Source: Marsupella aquatica
Taxonomy: Eukaryota > Plantae > Marchantiophyta
Direction of reading: 5' to 3'
Length of the DNA: 64,000 bases
NCBI GenBank assembly: GCA_973895155.1
Contig: OZ316894.1
Location: 5,996,368-6,060,367 of the forward strand
A program made the position numbers and the translations under genes. Below, one piece after another: positions 1-13,900 of this stretch; the stretch's first letter is position 1, and the number at the start of each line of letters is the position of its first letter. Under the pieces are notes generated by a model. The model saw nothing but the letters and a program-made list of their open reading frames with translations. It was not told the origin of the DNA and searched no databases.

Positions 1-3000
1 GAGAGCTTATAAAGCTAACATGCACAGTTTCTTTCAGCCCAATTTGCATAATTTGTGTATATAGAGCACAGGACAAGGGAGTCCAGATTGCTCCAGGTTC
101 GCCATGATAACACCACAAATTCTCCACTTTGTCAGTGGAGGGTGCTCATAGCAAGATCCAATTAGTAGTAGCTTGCTTAGATAGGGAACCATTGAAGCTA
201 AAATGAATATTTCTCTCACAGTATTGAATTTGTTTTTACTATTTGGTTCCATGTCAAACCACTCTTTGTGCCTTTTCTGTTTCTAACCAAGCTCACTCTC
301 ATGACTGTAAAGATTTGAAAATTTGTGTCATTGCAATAGTAGAGAAGCTTGCCGAAGCGGCTTGCAAAAATACGAGTTTGAAGCACAAACTTGAACCAGC
401 TGCCTTCCACCCGCAAAGCGGAATTGCTCATTCGAATCCTCCCCACACTGTGACCATGCTTGCAAGGATGGCCCGGTCCCCGTCCAAACGCATTCTGACT
501 GTGACTATGGAGGCAGAGTGCAAAGTGGGATGAACCAAACTGCAGGGATTGGGATCCCCAGGTAGTCTTTCAAAAGTTGAGGACCTGGCAGAAGGTTTCT
601 TACAACCTGGGGACCTCATAGAGTCTTTAATTTTTTTGGAAAAAATTTAGTGTTGTTCAAGTAGGATTCATTGGTTTGATGAACATTTACTTCACTTGTG
701 TTCACCTTTCTTCAACGCAAACTTATATCAAAAATTAGTTAGTGGACCCCCTACTTATGTATGCTATAATCTTGTCATAAAGCTCATAATGTTCTCCTGC
801 TTTTGTTACTTGTTAACTTTAAAATAATGCCTAAGTTGCAAGGTTAGTGTTTGCAGCAAAATGCAGTCTGGAATTTGCATATACACATTTATTTTGATGT
901 TTCAGAAGCACTCTGAAATATCTTGTTAGACATGTATAAAATTTTAATAATTATCTATCTAGGTTTTGCGTAAATCCATGATGACACTGCACTAATAACT
1001 TTGTTGCCAGTGATTTTTCAATTGGCTAGATACTGCCAAAATCTTCCCTTCTCCAGCTCCTAGTAAAACAATACAAGAAAGATAAGCAAAAATTATTCAA
1101 ACCTTATACTTATAAGTAAATATTAAGTAGGTCCCCCATATGAGCTCGCATATGAGTGGACCTTTGAGGCATTAGCCAATTTGAACAACTCTCTCACAAA
1201 ATATATAAAACAGGTCACTACTGTTGGGATTTGGGGGATGCCCAATGTTGTGTTTTGAGGTTGGGAGGGTGGGATGATGCTTTGGCAATACCAACTAGGT
1301 GTCCAAAGGAGTAGAATAAACATCCCTTCCAAATCATATAATATTGTGACACACAAAGAGTGAATGAATAGTTTCTGCCTTTGTATTTCTATTACCTGTC
1401 CTCCTTGCTAATTATTTGATCTCATTTGTTGTTCTAAGAAATCCTGGTCACTGTCGTGCACAGTCCTCTTTGTTAGCCAATGGTTGATTGAATGCGTCAA
1501 TCAATTATATCTAAAGGCTGTCGTATATGTTTTCATGTATATGAATTAAATATGAGTTTTATTTATTGTAATTCCAAAAGTATTTACAAAAGGTTTAGTT
1601 TGGCCCCACTCATTATTCTGCGTGCTAATAAATTTAAAAACTTTTCAAGGTTTTACCATTCCTGGGTCTAACTGTTTTTGTTGGCATCGTGACAAACACA
1701 AAGGGTCATTTTATTTGTCACAGGCTCCAAACATTTTTGTTCGTGTTTTTCATGCAAATTGCTGACATGGTGCAACCACAGGCCATTGTATTTGCAATGG
1801 ATATGTCATGGGTTTCCTTAACATTGTTGTGGTCAGTCTTCCTGGATTTTTCCCTTTTCTTCCCTCTTTAGGTTCTCCTCCTTGGGGATCTTGCCTCCCA
1901 ATTTGGCATTTAATGTCCTTTGGCAGTGAATACAAACAATGTAGGCGCATTGTTAGAGGATACCTGATATAGCATGTTCATCCTGGAACATGCCTCATTT
2001 TTTTGTCTTGTTGTGATATGTATGATTTATTTTATGATAAAAATGATACATTATATGCTAAGAAATTAATATCTATTAATTAAGAGTGAGTGACACATGC
2101 AAAAAAAAACACATTATGACCAAGAAAGTACAAAGGTACTAAAGAGTTGTGCACATACAGTAGAGATTTCACTTGCTTCTAGGGAATGACAATCATCTCC
2201 ATTAAAACCATAAATTTTATAATAAAAAAATCCCCAGAGGGGAACTTAGTACACTAGATGTGCACATTATTCAGATTCATTTCTCTCACTGTCATGAGAA
2301 AAAGGAGAATGCACTAAGGAGTGATTGAAAAGGATGATTAAACATTTATGAGGGGAGCCAAATACATTCAAAATACTAAGTTCACTAAAATTAGAAAGGG
2401 GTCCAAAAGTTAATTCAAAATCAAATTAATATAAATGATTTACCTTGTTAAGGCACATTAAAATCAAAATACTCAACACAAAATCTGAAAGGTGGCTTCA
2501 GCATATAAGATAAGATAGCATCTTCATTCTAATTTGCCTTCTGAACTCACTCTAGAGGAACTGTATCTCAAGAATATACCAGCACCACATGCAAGATTCA
2601 TTAAGTTAAACCTTTCAAGCCAAATGTTGCTCTACGTTAGCTGTTGTTTAGTAGGCAACTTTGGCTTAAACGAAAATTTAGGACTAACGGCTTTACCGGA
2701 CAAAAAACTCGATTACTTTGCCTGTAAGGTAATAAATGAAATGGGCGTTAGAATCCAAGTCCAAAAAGTACTTGATCAAGTACATGCACCTTGGGAGTTG
2801 ACAAGATCACCACTCTTCAGGCTGAGAATCTGTAAGACAAATTGACACAATCAAACTATTTCAAGTCAACAGTTAAGCGTGTACTACCTCGATTGTTGAT
2901 GAAACTGTGCACCTCTTTGGCAGGAGCGTGACTTTTTTCATTTTTAGCAAGTGTGGCAAGTGGCATATCCGCATATGTGGAGAATAGGAATATTCTCTAT

Positions 3001-3150
3001 ATGTTTTTTCCTGAATTGTTTTTGGCCCATTAGTTCTCCCTAGATTCAAGGATGACCCTTAGATTGTGGCAAATGGAGTCTATGACTAGGTGGAAAACTG
3101 GCTAATGGGATACAGACAATCTAGTGCCAATAGTGGTTTGTGCCAATAGT

Positions 3151-3256
3151 GGTTATAATTTTTTAGGGGGAGGCCTAATTAATCTGGTGTCGAAAATTCA
3201 CTAGGGTTATAATTTTTGAGGGGGAGGCCTAGTCTGGTGTCGAAAATTCACTAGGG
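3151..3256. repeat. Tandem duplication, ~52 bp x2
   Basis: ggttataattttt..ggggaggccta..tctggtgtcgaaaattcactaggg occurs twice in tandem. Confidence 0.8.
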
Positions 3257-4738
3257 CTCTTCTACCCAGTAGGGCAGTAGGGTTTTGGTTTACTCGGTTA
3301 CTTTGTAGCCTCTTGTTCTTCTGTTGTTTTAGAAGCTGTTGGCTTGTTTGGCCTCTCAGGTCTTCTTGGGGTCTTTTCCCTTGTCCCCTATCCTGTATTT
3401 GGGACGTTTGCCTTTTCGAGTATGGCGCATTTGTACTTAGGAACTGTAATATTATTCTTATTTTTATATAAATAATATGATAATGATACTCCTGCAGTGC
3501 TTATGACTCTCGCTCTCTAGGATAGGAATGGTGGATACTCTTGAATCAGAATTATGCTTCAAGTCTACAATAAAACACATTATTAAACTAACAATGCTCA
3601 AATCAGATCAGCTGCTACTATCGAGCATTTTGAGGAACAATAATATTCTCCACTAAAACAGTGTTGACGATGAATCTTATGCATCTGTACAACGATATTT
3701 CCAGATTCGGGACAAATTGTATGCCTTCTCTGCGATCGTTTGTCATCATACTGGATCTGGAACTGGACGATTCCTTTGCTGTTACTATTACCGGTACTAG
3801 TATAAATGCCACTAGCTTTCAATTGATTCTAGTAGGGGAGCTGTTTACTAGTCTGAAAGCCTTTGTTGCCTAATCACCGAAAGGAATGCTCGATCAGTCC
3901 CAGAAGTACAGAACTTCCACAAAAGGTCCATGACAGAGAACTGTGTTTATGAAACAAATGTTTCCACGTCACCAGATGACATCAACGCATGCACAACCCG
4001 TTCTCTAATTACAATCTTTTCGAGCACTGTGCACAGAAATGATTGATGCATTATATATAACCAGAAAAGATAAAAGGAAGAACTAAAAGACAGAAAGGAG
4101 TCGAAAACTCCAGTAGGTGTCTGTTCGAGGCAAAATAGAAACTACAATGGGTGTTGGAATAATAATAAATGGAAACGTAAGAAGTGAATAAGGTCAGGAC
4201 AAGGACACAAAACAGGATGTTTGGTTATGCCGAATATATATGTGGTGTAGATTCTCATCACCGTTCATTACGGTCGACAGTACGATGGGCTGTGTCGTTA
4301 ACTCTACCGAGGTTTCATTACAATCATGAGAGGCACCTAAAGACGATTCATGTTCCAATTCAGAATCATGTATCTGTGATTTTGCAGTACTATGCACAGT
4401 AAAAATGTACCTGTTCACAATGTGCCACAACGCATATATGTGAGGAAACGGACTTTGAGTATATTTTCTGAGTTGAGTCATATCACAGCAATGCCAAGTC
4501 TCGATGCAACCATCTGGATCTTTGATCTGAGACTTAGCCATTGCCCAATATGAATATACCGGGAATCATGAGCATTTTGGGGGACATATTCGGGACCTTT
4601 TATGCATCGGAGCGCGTGTGGTAGACTCGTTAACATGTACAGACGTAGATGGCGTACTTTATTACCAAAATCGGCCCTCCATGTCCGTTCAGTTCGATTC
4701 ACTTCTTCCGAGGTGTATTGCTTGAAGACAGTCCTTCA

Positions 4739-4773
4739 GAGGTGAGGTGAGGCGAGAGGTGAGGTGAGGTGAG
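4739..4773. repeat. (GAGGT)n microsatellite
   Basis: Imperfect gaggt run seen directly. Confidence 0.8.
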
Positions 4774-6493
4774 GCCCTCCGAGCTGCGGATTGAATCTGT
4801 TCTGTTCGCTCACTCTCTATTCGGTGCAAGTCGATCGACCTTCCCTGAGAAATGCAGTGAAGCCATTTAAGTTTATCAGTCGGCGAATCGAAAATCGAAC
4901 GAACACTTCCGAATCATATACCTGGTAACAACCTGACTTCGTAACTTCAGTCGGACCATATGTATCATCGACAGATTCTGTTAAATGATCACTGTCTGCC
5001 CACAAATTAAGGTCAGATCATTCAAGCTATGCACCCAAAATGTTGTGGAGCTGTAGCTATCGTATTCGCTGTGAATCCAAATCCTTCTGTATTGTTCTCA
5101 AATAATGGTATTAGGTTACCGTCAATTAGTCTGTCAATCAACTAATCAAACTCCTTTCTAGTTATCTAATCGATGACCGATTGACAAAGATTTTCAAGTT
5201 CTTCACTTTTTGAGATTCCTCGTTCCACGTACCTCCACATCGAGGTCCCTAGCATTCCTGTCTTTGTTGACTAGTCACTCGGCTGTAGTCTCACAGGGAG
5301 ATAAATGAATGCTCAGTGAGGCCTGATCGGGGGCCTGATCAAATGAGTAGTTTGATATTTTTGTTTCCGAGAGTTTCGATGCTCTTGGATTCCTTTTGTG
5401 ACGACCTCCCGTCGATCGATGGACCGGGGAGGGACCTCGTACTAAAGTAGTCTAGTTCTCACGTCTGTCATCATAGTAGGAAAGCCAATTTGTGAACGAG
5501 GTCAATTTCCCAGCTAGGACAGTAATTTCCATTTGCTGGTCATTTTGATTGACTTTTCTCTTCAGTCCATTCCTGTGCACAGTTCGCGTACCGGTGCAAT
5601 CGTAAATTAAGATAGCTTCGTACTGTCATTTGCTTCCTTTAGAACTACAAGTGACCTCTATCTTTCCATTACATATCAATTAAGTCGTCGTGATCTCCAG
5701 CAGTAAATATCAAATTAGGCCAATCTTTCAGCTAGCTAATATTTGTCTTGCGCACCCGTCCGGTTTTCTTTTGCAGGCGATTGAGCTAACATATGTACTG
5801 TACTGCTATACAAATACATGCTTGGAGCAGCAGCTAGCTAGGGATCGACAGAAGACAAGCTGGACTTTCAGTTTCCACGAGTCAGTACAAGCGTCGTACG
5901 TATGAAGATGGGATATTCCTGTACTCAGCTACAAGAGCTGAGGAGCGTTTATGGTGCAATAAACCGCCCTGGCCTTTGATCGCCAGCTGGAGATGGCATC
6001 CTATCATGCTGTGCGCTAGGGACCCGGCCCATGCGTTGTTAGCAAAGGAACGTTCCTCGCGATCTATCTTAATGAAACATTCACCATCGATCCAATACTG
6101 CGTCTAAAGCGCTTGAGAAAGTCGGCCTGCAGATGTAACGTCTGCAGTCTACAAAAGACCAGAGTGACAGGTGGCCGGACACAACTGTCTCACAGATCGA
6201 ATTCATGGATTCAGAGCAATTCAGGGTCAAGACTTGTGTACGTGGCTGCACCCTTGGAGTACATTCGACCTACCATCTCTTTGATTCAATTTGCGTACAA
6301 GTTCCATTTTTTGGAAGTTGCAGACAACTATTCTGCAAGATCGAGTTATACCCAACGTTTATGTACTCTCTGAGATAGGCTCTAAATTAAAGGAAAAGGG
6401 GCACCATTCTGATTGTTTCTTCCTGAAATTTGAGAGGAAGTTGGTTATCAAAGCTAGCAAAACATCGAGCAAGTAAGCTGCAAATCTTGAACA

Positions 6494-8224
6494 ATGAGTA
6501 CCACGACGAACTCTGCGGAATTTACTCCGGTGGCTCGGACTCCGGGGAGGCAATTGAGGGTGCTGGAAGCGCTTGACCAGGCAAGGGTACAGTACTACCA
6601 TATTTCGGCTATTTTGATTGCCGGCATGGGCTTCTTCACGGATGCATACGATATCTTCGTAGTGACGGTAGTGATAAAGCTCCTGGGGCGCATTTACTAC
6701 CCGGACAATGTAGGGTTGAATGTAACACCAGGACAACTGCCCATCGTCTGGTATGTTGCTATAATAGGCAGTGTTCTCTTGGGGGCTGTGGCAGGGCAGA
6801 TCATCTTCGGGTGGCTGGGAGACAAACTGGGCCGCAAGAAGGCGTACGGGATCACGCTGGCGATCATGTTCATCTTCTCGATCGCTTCTGGTCTGTCCAT
6901 CGGCAGGTCTCCCACAGCAGTGCTGGGCTCCCTTTGCTTCTTCAGATTCTGGCTTGGAGTTGGCATTGGAGGAGACTACCCTCTCTCGGCCACAATCATG
7001 TCGGAGTACGCCAACACGCAGACCAGAGGTGCATTCATCGCGGCAGTGTTTGCCATGCAGGGTTTTGGGATTCTCAGCGGAGGATTTGTGGGACTCATCT
7101 TATCCGCCAGTTTCAAGGCAGGACACGACACACCAACTTTCAATAATGATAATACTTTGCATCACTCAGTCTCTATTGGTTATCAAGCAGATCTTCTGTG
7201 GCGCATCATATTCATGGTGGGCGCTATCCCAGCAGCTGCAACCTTCTACTACCGGATGAGAATGCCCGAGACCGCCAGGTACACAGCGCTGGTGACGGGG
7301 AATGCGGCGAAGGCTGCATCGGACATGATGAAGGTTCTCCGAGTCCCGGAGTTAGATTTAACAGAGGATGAGTCGATTCGGGCTGAGACTGCAATCACTG
7401 TCTATGGAACATCAAATGAGCGTAACTTCAAACTATTCTCTCGTACATTCCTGGAAAGGCACGGACGGGAGTTGCTGGGAACCGCAACCACATGGTTTCT
7501 CCTAGACATCACCTACTACAGCCAGACCTTGTTCCAGAGCCAGATCTTCCGTACAATCGGCTGGACTCCCGCTCCAGGCGAGATGAGTGGAATCGAAGAA
7601 GTGTACAAAACCTGCAGAGCACAGCTGATTGTGGCATCGTGCGCCACCGTGCCAGGGTACTTGGTGTGTGTTTTTCTGGTGGACCGCATCGGCAGGCGCA
7701 TCATCCAGCTGCAGGGATTCATCTTCATGGGTGTCTTCATGTTAGCAATCACCGTTAGGTTTGACACCCTAGTAAACGGAAACCAAGCGAACATCATCAT
7801 TTTCCTGGTGTTGTACTCGCTCACATTCTTCTTCACCAACTTTGGGCCGAACACGACGACGTTCATAATCCCCGCTGAGCTGTTTCCGGCCAGATTGCGA
7901 GCTACATGTCATGGCATCTCAGCTGGGGCCGGCAAGGTGGGCTCCCTAGTCGGATCTGTCGGGTTTCTGTACGCTTCTCAATCGCAACATATCGATAAGA
8001 GCTCTCCCTATCCGACCGGCATCGGTCTCAAGAAAACTCTCTACATTTTTGCCGCACTAAACTTCATCGGTGCCGCCTTCACATTACTCATTCCCGAGAC
8101 CAAGAAAAGGTCACTGGAGGAGATTTCCGGAGAGAGTGAACCTGTTGAGCATTCGCATGGAATGAGTGTCCACCCACACTGCGAGGCTAACCAGCCGGCC
8201 TACCGCGCGTCAAGGTTCACCTGA
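6494..8224 (+). CDS. PHT1: Inorganic phosphate:H+ symporter, PHT1 family (MFS)
   Basis: 576 aa single-exon ORF with AGMGFFTDAYD, FGWLGDKLGRK, the PHT1 signature GGDYPLSATIMSE, NFGPNTTTFIIPAELFPARLRATCHGISA and PETKKRSLEEISGE. Confidence 0.97.
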   Translation: MSTTTNSAEFTPVARTPGRQLRVLEALDQARVQYYHISAILIAGMGFFTDAYDIFVVTVVIKLLGRIYYPDNVGLNVTPGQLPIVWYVAIIGSVLLGAVAGQIIFGWLGDKLGRKKAYGITLAIMFIFSIASGLSIGRSPTAVLGSLCFFRFWLGVGIGGDYPLSATIMSEYANTQTRGAFIAAVFAMQGFGILSGGFVGLILSASFKAGHDTPTFNNDNTLHHSVSIGYQADLLWRIIFMVGAIPAAATFYYRMRMPETARYTALVTGNAAKAASDMMKVLRVPELDLTEDESIRAETAITVYGTSNERNFKLFSRTFLERHGRELLGTATTWFLLDITYYSQTLFQSQIFRTIGWTPAPGEMSGIEEVYKTCRAQLIVASCATVPGYLVCVFLVDRIGRRIIQLQGFIFMGVFMLAITVRFDTLVNGNQANIIIFLVLYSLTFFFTNFGPNTTTFIIPAELFPARLRATCHGISAGAGKVGSLVGSVGFLYASQSQHIDKSSPYPTGIGLKKTLYIFAALNFIGAAFTLLIPETKKRSLEEISGESEPVEHSHGMSVHPHCEANQPAYRASRFT

Positions 8225-8317
8225 CTAACTGATCGACGGACTCAAGCAAGCAACACAGCAAGCGAGTCCATAACCATGAAACTACGTAGTACTGCCCGAA
8301 CCATCAGCCACAGCATG

Positions 8318-8501
8318 CATGTGATATAGATCGACTACGAGGGCAGGCAAGCAAGCACTACACTATTTTTGTTCCCTTCATGTGATATAGATCGATTACG
8401 AGAGCAGGCAAGCAAGCACTACACTATTTTTGTTTCCTTCAGGTGATATAGATCGATTACGAGGGCAGGCAAGCAAGCACTACACTATTTTTGTTTCCTT
8501 C
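8318..8501. repeat. 61 bp tandem repeat x3 in the PHT1 3' region
   Basis: Unit catgtgatatagatcga(c/t)tacgag(g/a)gcaggcaagcaagcactacactatttttgtt(c/t)cctt recurs with a 61 bp period. Confidence 0.92.
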
Positions 8502-9425
8502 TTTGCGGACTGTCAGCTAGGTTGAGAACCGTCGCTCCACATCTACCAAGGATTCCTTCAGCAGGCGAGTCTGATCCTTAAATAAGTCGAATACAAGTAC
8601 CATGATGCCAGTAACACAGTCTCAAATTACGTAGCAAAAGAGCATCGATTACAGAACTATGTACAATGCGAACAGAAACAAAATAGCTCGAGCGAGTTGT
8701 AATATGTACACTTAGACTTTCCACACCTGCGGCCAAGGATTCCTTCAGCACCTCGAGACTCCATAAATAAATGGCAAAGTCTTCCGGAACTAACCATAGT
8801 ACTCACCTACTAATGTGAGACTAAATTTTACATCTACAGTAGTGTCAGTAGTAGTTTGCAAATTCCAGGCAATTTTATATGTACAGTCTGGCTTTAACAA
8901 ATAGTGAGTAAATCTGCTGTGTGTAATTCTGTACTTAATTCCTATTGATTTGTACGTACCATGGCTGGGCACCTACTGCAAAAATGTAAACGGTGAACAT
9001 AATTACGATCATGATGTCTGATGAGACGCGATAGATGGATGCTCTGGACGAAGATATAGTTCGACACGAAGATTCCTGGGCCGCCCATTTAGACACAGGT
9101 GGCAAGCTTTGATATCTGATGGGGCCTCAAATATAATAAGCGGGCAGTCCCAAGGCAGTCCGGGTTTTGGTTTGGATGGACGCGGCCAAAATGTGCGGCA
9201 CTAGCCCACACACTTGTGTCGCGGGATTTTACTTTTTCCCGCTTGTCAATCCGCCCCCTTGCACACACACATGACACAGCCTGGGTGTTACAGGACCCAA
9301 AATATTGAACCTCAAGAGGTCAGTATGCCAGTCAAACACACCCTCCGGCCAAGTTAAGAGTAGTGGCCCTATACCACAGAAGAGCCAAACAGATACTTAT
9401 TTGAGACCCCCTATGATGGATTGCT

Positions 9426-9514
9426 GAAGTGAAGTGAAGTGAAGTGAAGTGAAGTGAAGTGAAGTGAAGTGAAGTGAAGTGAAGTGAAGTGAAATGAAAT
9501 GAAATGAAATGAAA
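9426..9514. repeat. Compound microsatellite (GAAGT)13(GAAAT)4
   Basis: Seen directly. Confidence 0.95.
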
Positions 9515-10974
9515 CTAGTAAGCATCCCGCACTCCTTGAGTCCAGGTTTATATATTATGACCAAGGTGAAAGCCTATAGACCAGTGAAGCCTCTAGATAG
9601 GTGAAGCCTCTAGACAGTGACCATCATAACAGGAAAGCCTATGTCTAGAGTCAAAGAGCTACACAATTAATAACATCCCAATAATTGCACATTAAAGACC
9701 CACAGCAAGATATATATTTAGAATAACAGATTAAATTCAACATAATTTGTATTGGTTTATCGTGGTATGTAGTGACCTAGCACACCATATATTATCACAT
9801 TGTGATGTGCAATTACTGGACTATAATTATTATACACCACATGGTATTTGGGACACAATTTTAAGAACACGTACCACTACGTCTCATGTTATGAGACATG
9901 AAATTCATTAGCTATTGCAGAGATTGGTGGAAATTGGTCTTACTGATGATGGAAACTTTCCTAGCATGATAGACGTGTAAATAGAGAGTCTCAAACAGTG
10001 TCTTCTTATTTATATGTATTCTGGGAGTGATAGTAATGTGTCTCACATGGTGTCTTATGTCAGGCAAATACAAATCATATTTCTTCACATGCCCCAGACA
10101 CCTTTCTAAAGTATAATTCAGGTTTTACTATTTAGATAATTTTGCCATGGATGTTTTTTTCTATGCTATGCTTTGGTTGGAGAGAGCTGAAAAAAAGCAC
10201 TTTGAGTTTTTAATCTCATCCTTCTTCTTACTTTGTGGGTCATCTGAAGCTTTGGTAGTTTCCGAATGGTGTAATATGTTAGATGAAAACATATCATATT
10301 TTTTCACATGTCCCAAACACGTTTTGAAAGTAAAATCCTTGTTGTGAGTAAAATAAATTTGCCTCAGAATCTTAAGCTTTTGTCTGAGAAATTTGTCTCC
10401 CGACCCTTTAATTACACATTAATTAAGGGGTATTCCTTTCCGTATTGCCCAAGCCGTCATAGGGACAGACTAGGGGAGGAGTCCATCCTGCAAAGCCATG
10501 GTCCAAGACTTGTTAGATCTTCACTGCCTTCAGCCCATTACTCCCAGTCACATCCACTGCACCAAAGAAAACAACAGAGACGCGAAAAGTGCCCCTGAGA
10601 GAGTTCTAGATCGAACAATCCCATTTGATTTGGGAGGTATATGCTTGATGGAATGGAGAAACTTGGGGGGGCGGGGGGGATTACATTTATGTCTTTAGAA
10701 TAAAGGAGACAATTTCACTACACGTCCTTTGAAAAGGCGCTCCTATATCGCTGTCATCTTGTCATACTCTCCAACATGAGTGTGAATAGACATGCTAGAT
10801 GGGCCACGTTTCGGAAAAACCCAAAGGCTCCTACAATTAATCGAGAAGAACTCTCATTTAGCTATCAGACTGAGTGAAGATTTCTCCAGTAAACATGGAA
10901 GGGATGCATTCAGCTCCTTGGTGAAAGCTTTCGCAGACTTGAAACGTGTATTGAGAGCCTGGAGAGCACTTCAA

Positions 10975-13900
10975 TCAGCCAGAATACATGAGAATTTGCT
11001 CTCCAAGAGCAGCATCAGACTCTGTTACCTTCACCCAGACCTCTAGTATCTTCTTAGGTACACCGTCTACCAGATCCACTACAGTGAAATTTCTTTCCGA
11101 TGGCAGTGGATTTGGGTCACCCAACCAATTTGATGTTCCTACAGCTTCGAAAATAGATTCAATTGCACTCTCATGCGATAAGATCTCAGACCCTGCACCC
11201 TCTGCTTTGGGGGATCTGATACGGGGGACAACAGCAGTGTTGAGGTAGATGGAACCATCTTCACCCACAACAATCATTTTTCTGTGACCCCTGTTTAGTT
11301 GCAAGATCTTATGCATATGGCCAAAAACTACGAGTGGTACTTTCCGCTTCCCCAACCCTTTCACGTAGGACAAGGCCGACGCTAAGTCTGTCGTGCAATC
11401 ACAAAAGAGGAGTTAATCAAGTACAATGCAATCCAGTGGTGTTTATCTCTCGGTCAAGGACACATTCAGCTAAATCGAGTGCTACACAGGACATACATTA
11501 TGTCAGCTACCAATCTAAGACTGCACGTACACTCCAACTTACCAGGATCACCATGGTCGCCACCTTGTAGGACCCAGTCTTTACCACAAATATCGCTTGG
11601 ATCAGATCCCAGTCCTGAACATTCACAAGAAAGTGAACTCGTCATTTACAGGTATGGTTCTGCCCTCATGTGGCCCGCCAAAATCTTAGACCGTGTAAGA
11701 GCTAGCCCTGGTGACTTGACGAGGCAGGACCCCCATGTGCAAATCTGACAGTGGAAAAAAAAATTGACAGCTACTACTTTACTTCGCTAGAGTTCCTGTC
11801 AAACTGAGGCTATGCAGGGAGAAATCATGAGGATCCCGGAACGGGACTCTGACCTGTTGGGCCGTTATGAGCCAAAAAAATAAGAGAATGATCCGCTGGT
11901 GCTTCGAGAGCTTGGGCTATGATCCGCTCTGCACTTTGTTTCGTATTCTTTACATTCCATCTACCCACAAAAAGGAAAAAGAACGCGTGAGCATCACAAT
12001 TATGATGATTGCATTCAGCATGAAGCTGTGCGGCCGGTCAATCCAAGCTTCACAAACCGGTGATCAAAGACATTAGCCTTGACAAGAACTGGTATATATT
12101 TGCATTTGAATCGGCCCCACATTAATTCATGCATCATGTATCACAGGAAGAAGTCTTAACAATTTCTTTGCTAGTGATGCAGATCCAATGTGTGGTCCAC
12201 CGCCTGATCCAGGTCTCCCACCAACCACACTAAGACCCATATTGGGGAAATCCGCTCTGCTGTAACCCACATGAGACTTTCCCAGCCTAATGAAACCACA
12301 CAAAAGACATGCATTTCAAGATAAGTCAGGGACAAGCCTCACGAACTTTAAAATCGAATGCATAAAGCTCAAAGAATGAACACCTCACATGTCGATTCAA
12401 TTCTTCCATCACTCCATCAAAGACAAAGCGCAATTTCATCAATGTAGAAAACATTCAGGGCTAGAAGAACTGGCAGGTTATAGAAGCCACGTACAAGTCT
12501 AGCTGAGCTTGAACAGCATCTCCAAACCTGGCATTTCTGCGAGGTCCTTTGCTGGAAAAATGGAAGATCCGATCAGTCTTAGTGTACTATGAAGTGCTTT
12601 ACCGGATTCAGGCACTAACCATACTGTGTTCAGTAGAGGTATCAAAAACATCTGCAGGCATAAGGTTTAATGGAGTACCCAGCAGAAAACCCTGCTGACC
12701 ACCAACAGTCATGGTTCCCCAGAATTGCAGCTTTAGGGAGATTAAGATGGCTGATATCAGACACCACATCAACATTCTCATCTCCGAAATCCCCTGCCGC
12801 CACAGAGAAAACTGTTTGTCAGCTCAATCTCATAGATCCTGTTAGAACAGTACCATTGCCTTTTCTTTTCTCGGCAGGTAACTCTGACGGGGTCAGGAGA
12901 ACAGCTTCAACAAGCGCATCCTTGTCTTAAGACCTTACCAAAAGTTGGGAAAGGATATATAATCTAGTTAGGAAAGTCACTGGAAGGTGTCGGTAAATGG
13001 ATCATACCTGTGAACAAGACCAAATCTGGCTGCAAAAAACAATATGCACCAAAAAGTAAGCGAGGCAAAAACAACATTCTCAGAACGTGACAAGATATCA
13101 TAAGAGGTTGGGACAGAAGCAAATAAATTGAACATGGATGGCCGCTATGAATCAGTTCTAGAGGGGCCTTGTACTGCTCAGTGCCGCAGAATGATGTCAA
13201 AAGGAGTCTTATTACCTTCAAACAATCGAGGGCCCTCCCATCAATCTCTGTATCCCAATCATCATGCTGCAAAAATCACACTTCGTGTCAACGACGGAAA
13301 CTTCTAATACCTAGTCTCCAAAATGGCCATTGCAATATCGGTATTCCCTCATTGCTAGTTAGAATCGTGACCAGATCAGGCAGGTCACGATTCTGCTTCA
13401 GAATCTATGTCGACAAAGGGTTTAATTACGTGCCTTTCATCTCAGAGTTTACACCCAACCAGACCTATGTCATCTCAGGGTCCTGCCTGTTGGTGCTTTT
13501 CAAATCAAACAGTCTAAAGGTAACCTGCCCCTGCTAAATTCACGATACGCAATTCTATGGAGAGATTCATCAATAAAGGGACTCCTCGATAATTGGGTGA
13601 ATTTCTACAATGCGTGTCAGTTTCGGTCAGCTCTCAAAACTGCTTACGACTCTACCTTCTCGATGATCTTATAGTAAGATTACACACGACCGCTGAACCA
13701 ATTGCAGATATATGCGGTCATGTTATCAGACAGGCCAACAGAGTTCTCGACTTTCGTTCTACGTCCAACTGGTTGTGAAAGTTCAACGACTGTCAAAAGC
13801 TTCTGTTTTGTAGATGCAATAACTATCTTTCCCACCTCTGAATGAACTGTCGGAGGGATCAAGATTCTGCGACACTTACTGCCACTATATTACCTGGTGC

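Larger units (their letters stand above)
2572..5918 (+). promoter_or_regulatory. Five P1BS (GNATATNC) PHR-binding boxes upstream of PHT1
   Basis: GAATATAC 2572-2579, GCATATCC 2963-2970, GAATATTC 2988-2995, GAATATAC 4552-4559 and GGATATTC 5911-5918, read directly. P1BS is the established phosphate-starvation element of PHT1 promoters. The motif is short, so some hits may be chance. Confidence 0.55.

Noticed and set aside
34-619. Short overlapping ORFs at the window start
   Set aside because: No recognisable motif and stops in all frames. Possibly decayed TE sequence, but this cannot be supported.
6359-7866. Alternative-frame and antisense ORFs over PHT1, and similar ones over the dirigent, P-like and CRE-like ORFs
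   Set aside because: Shadows of GC-rich real coding sequence.
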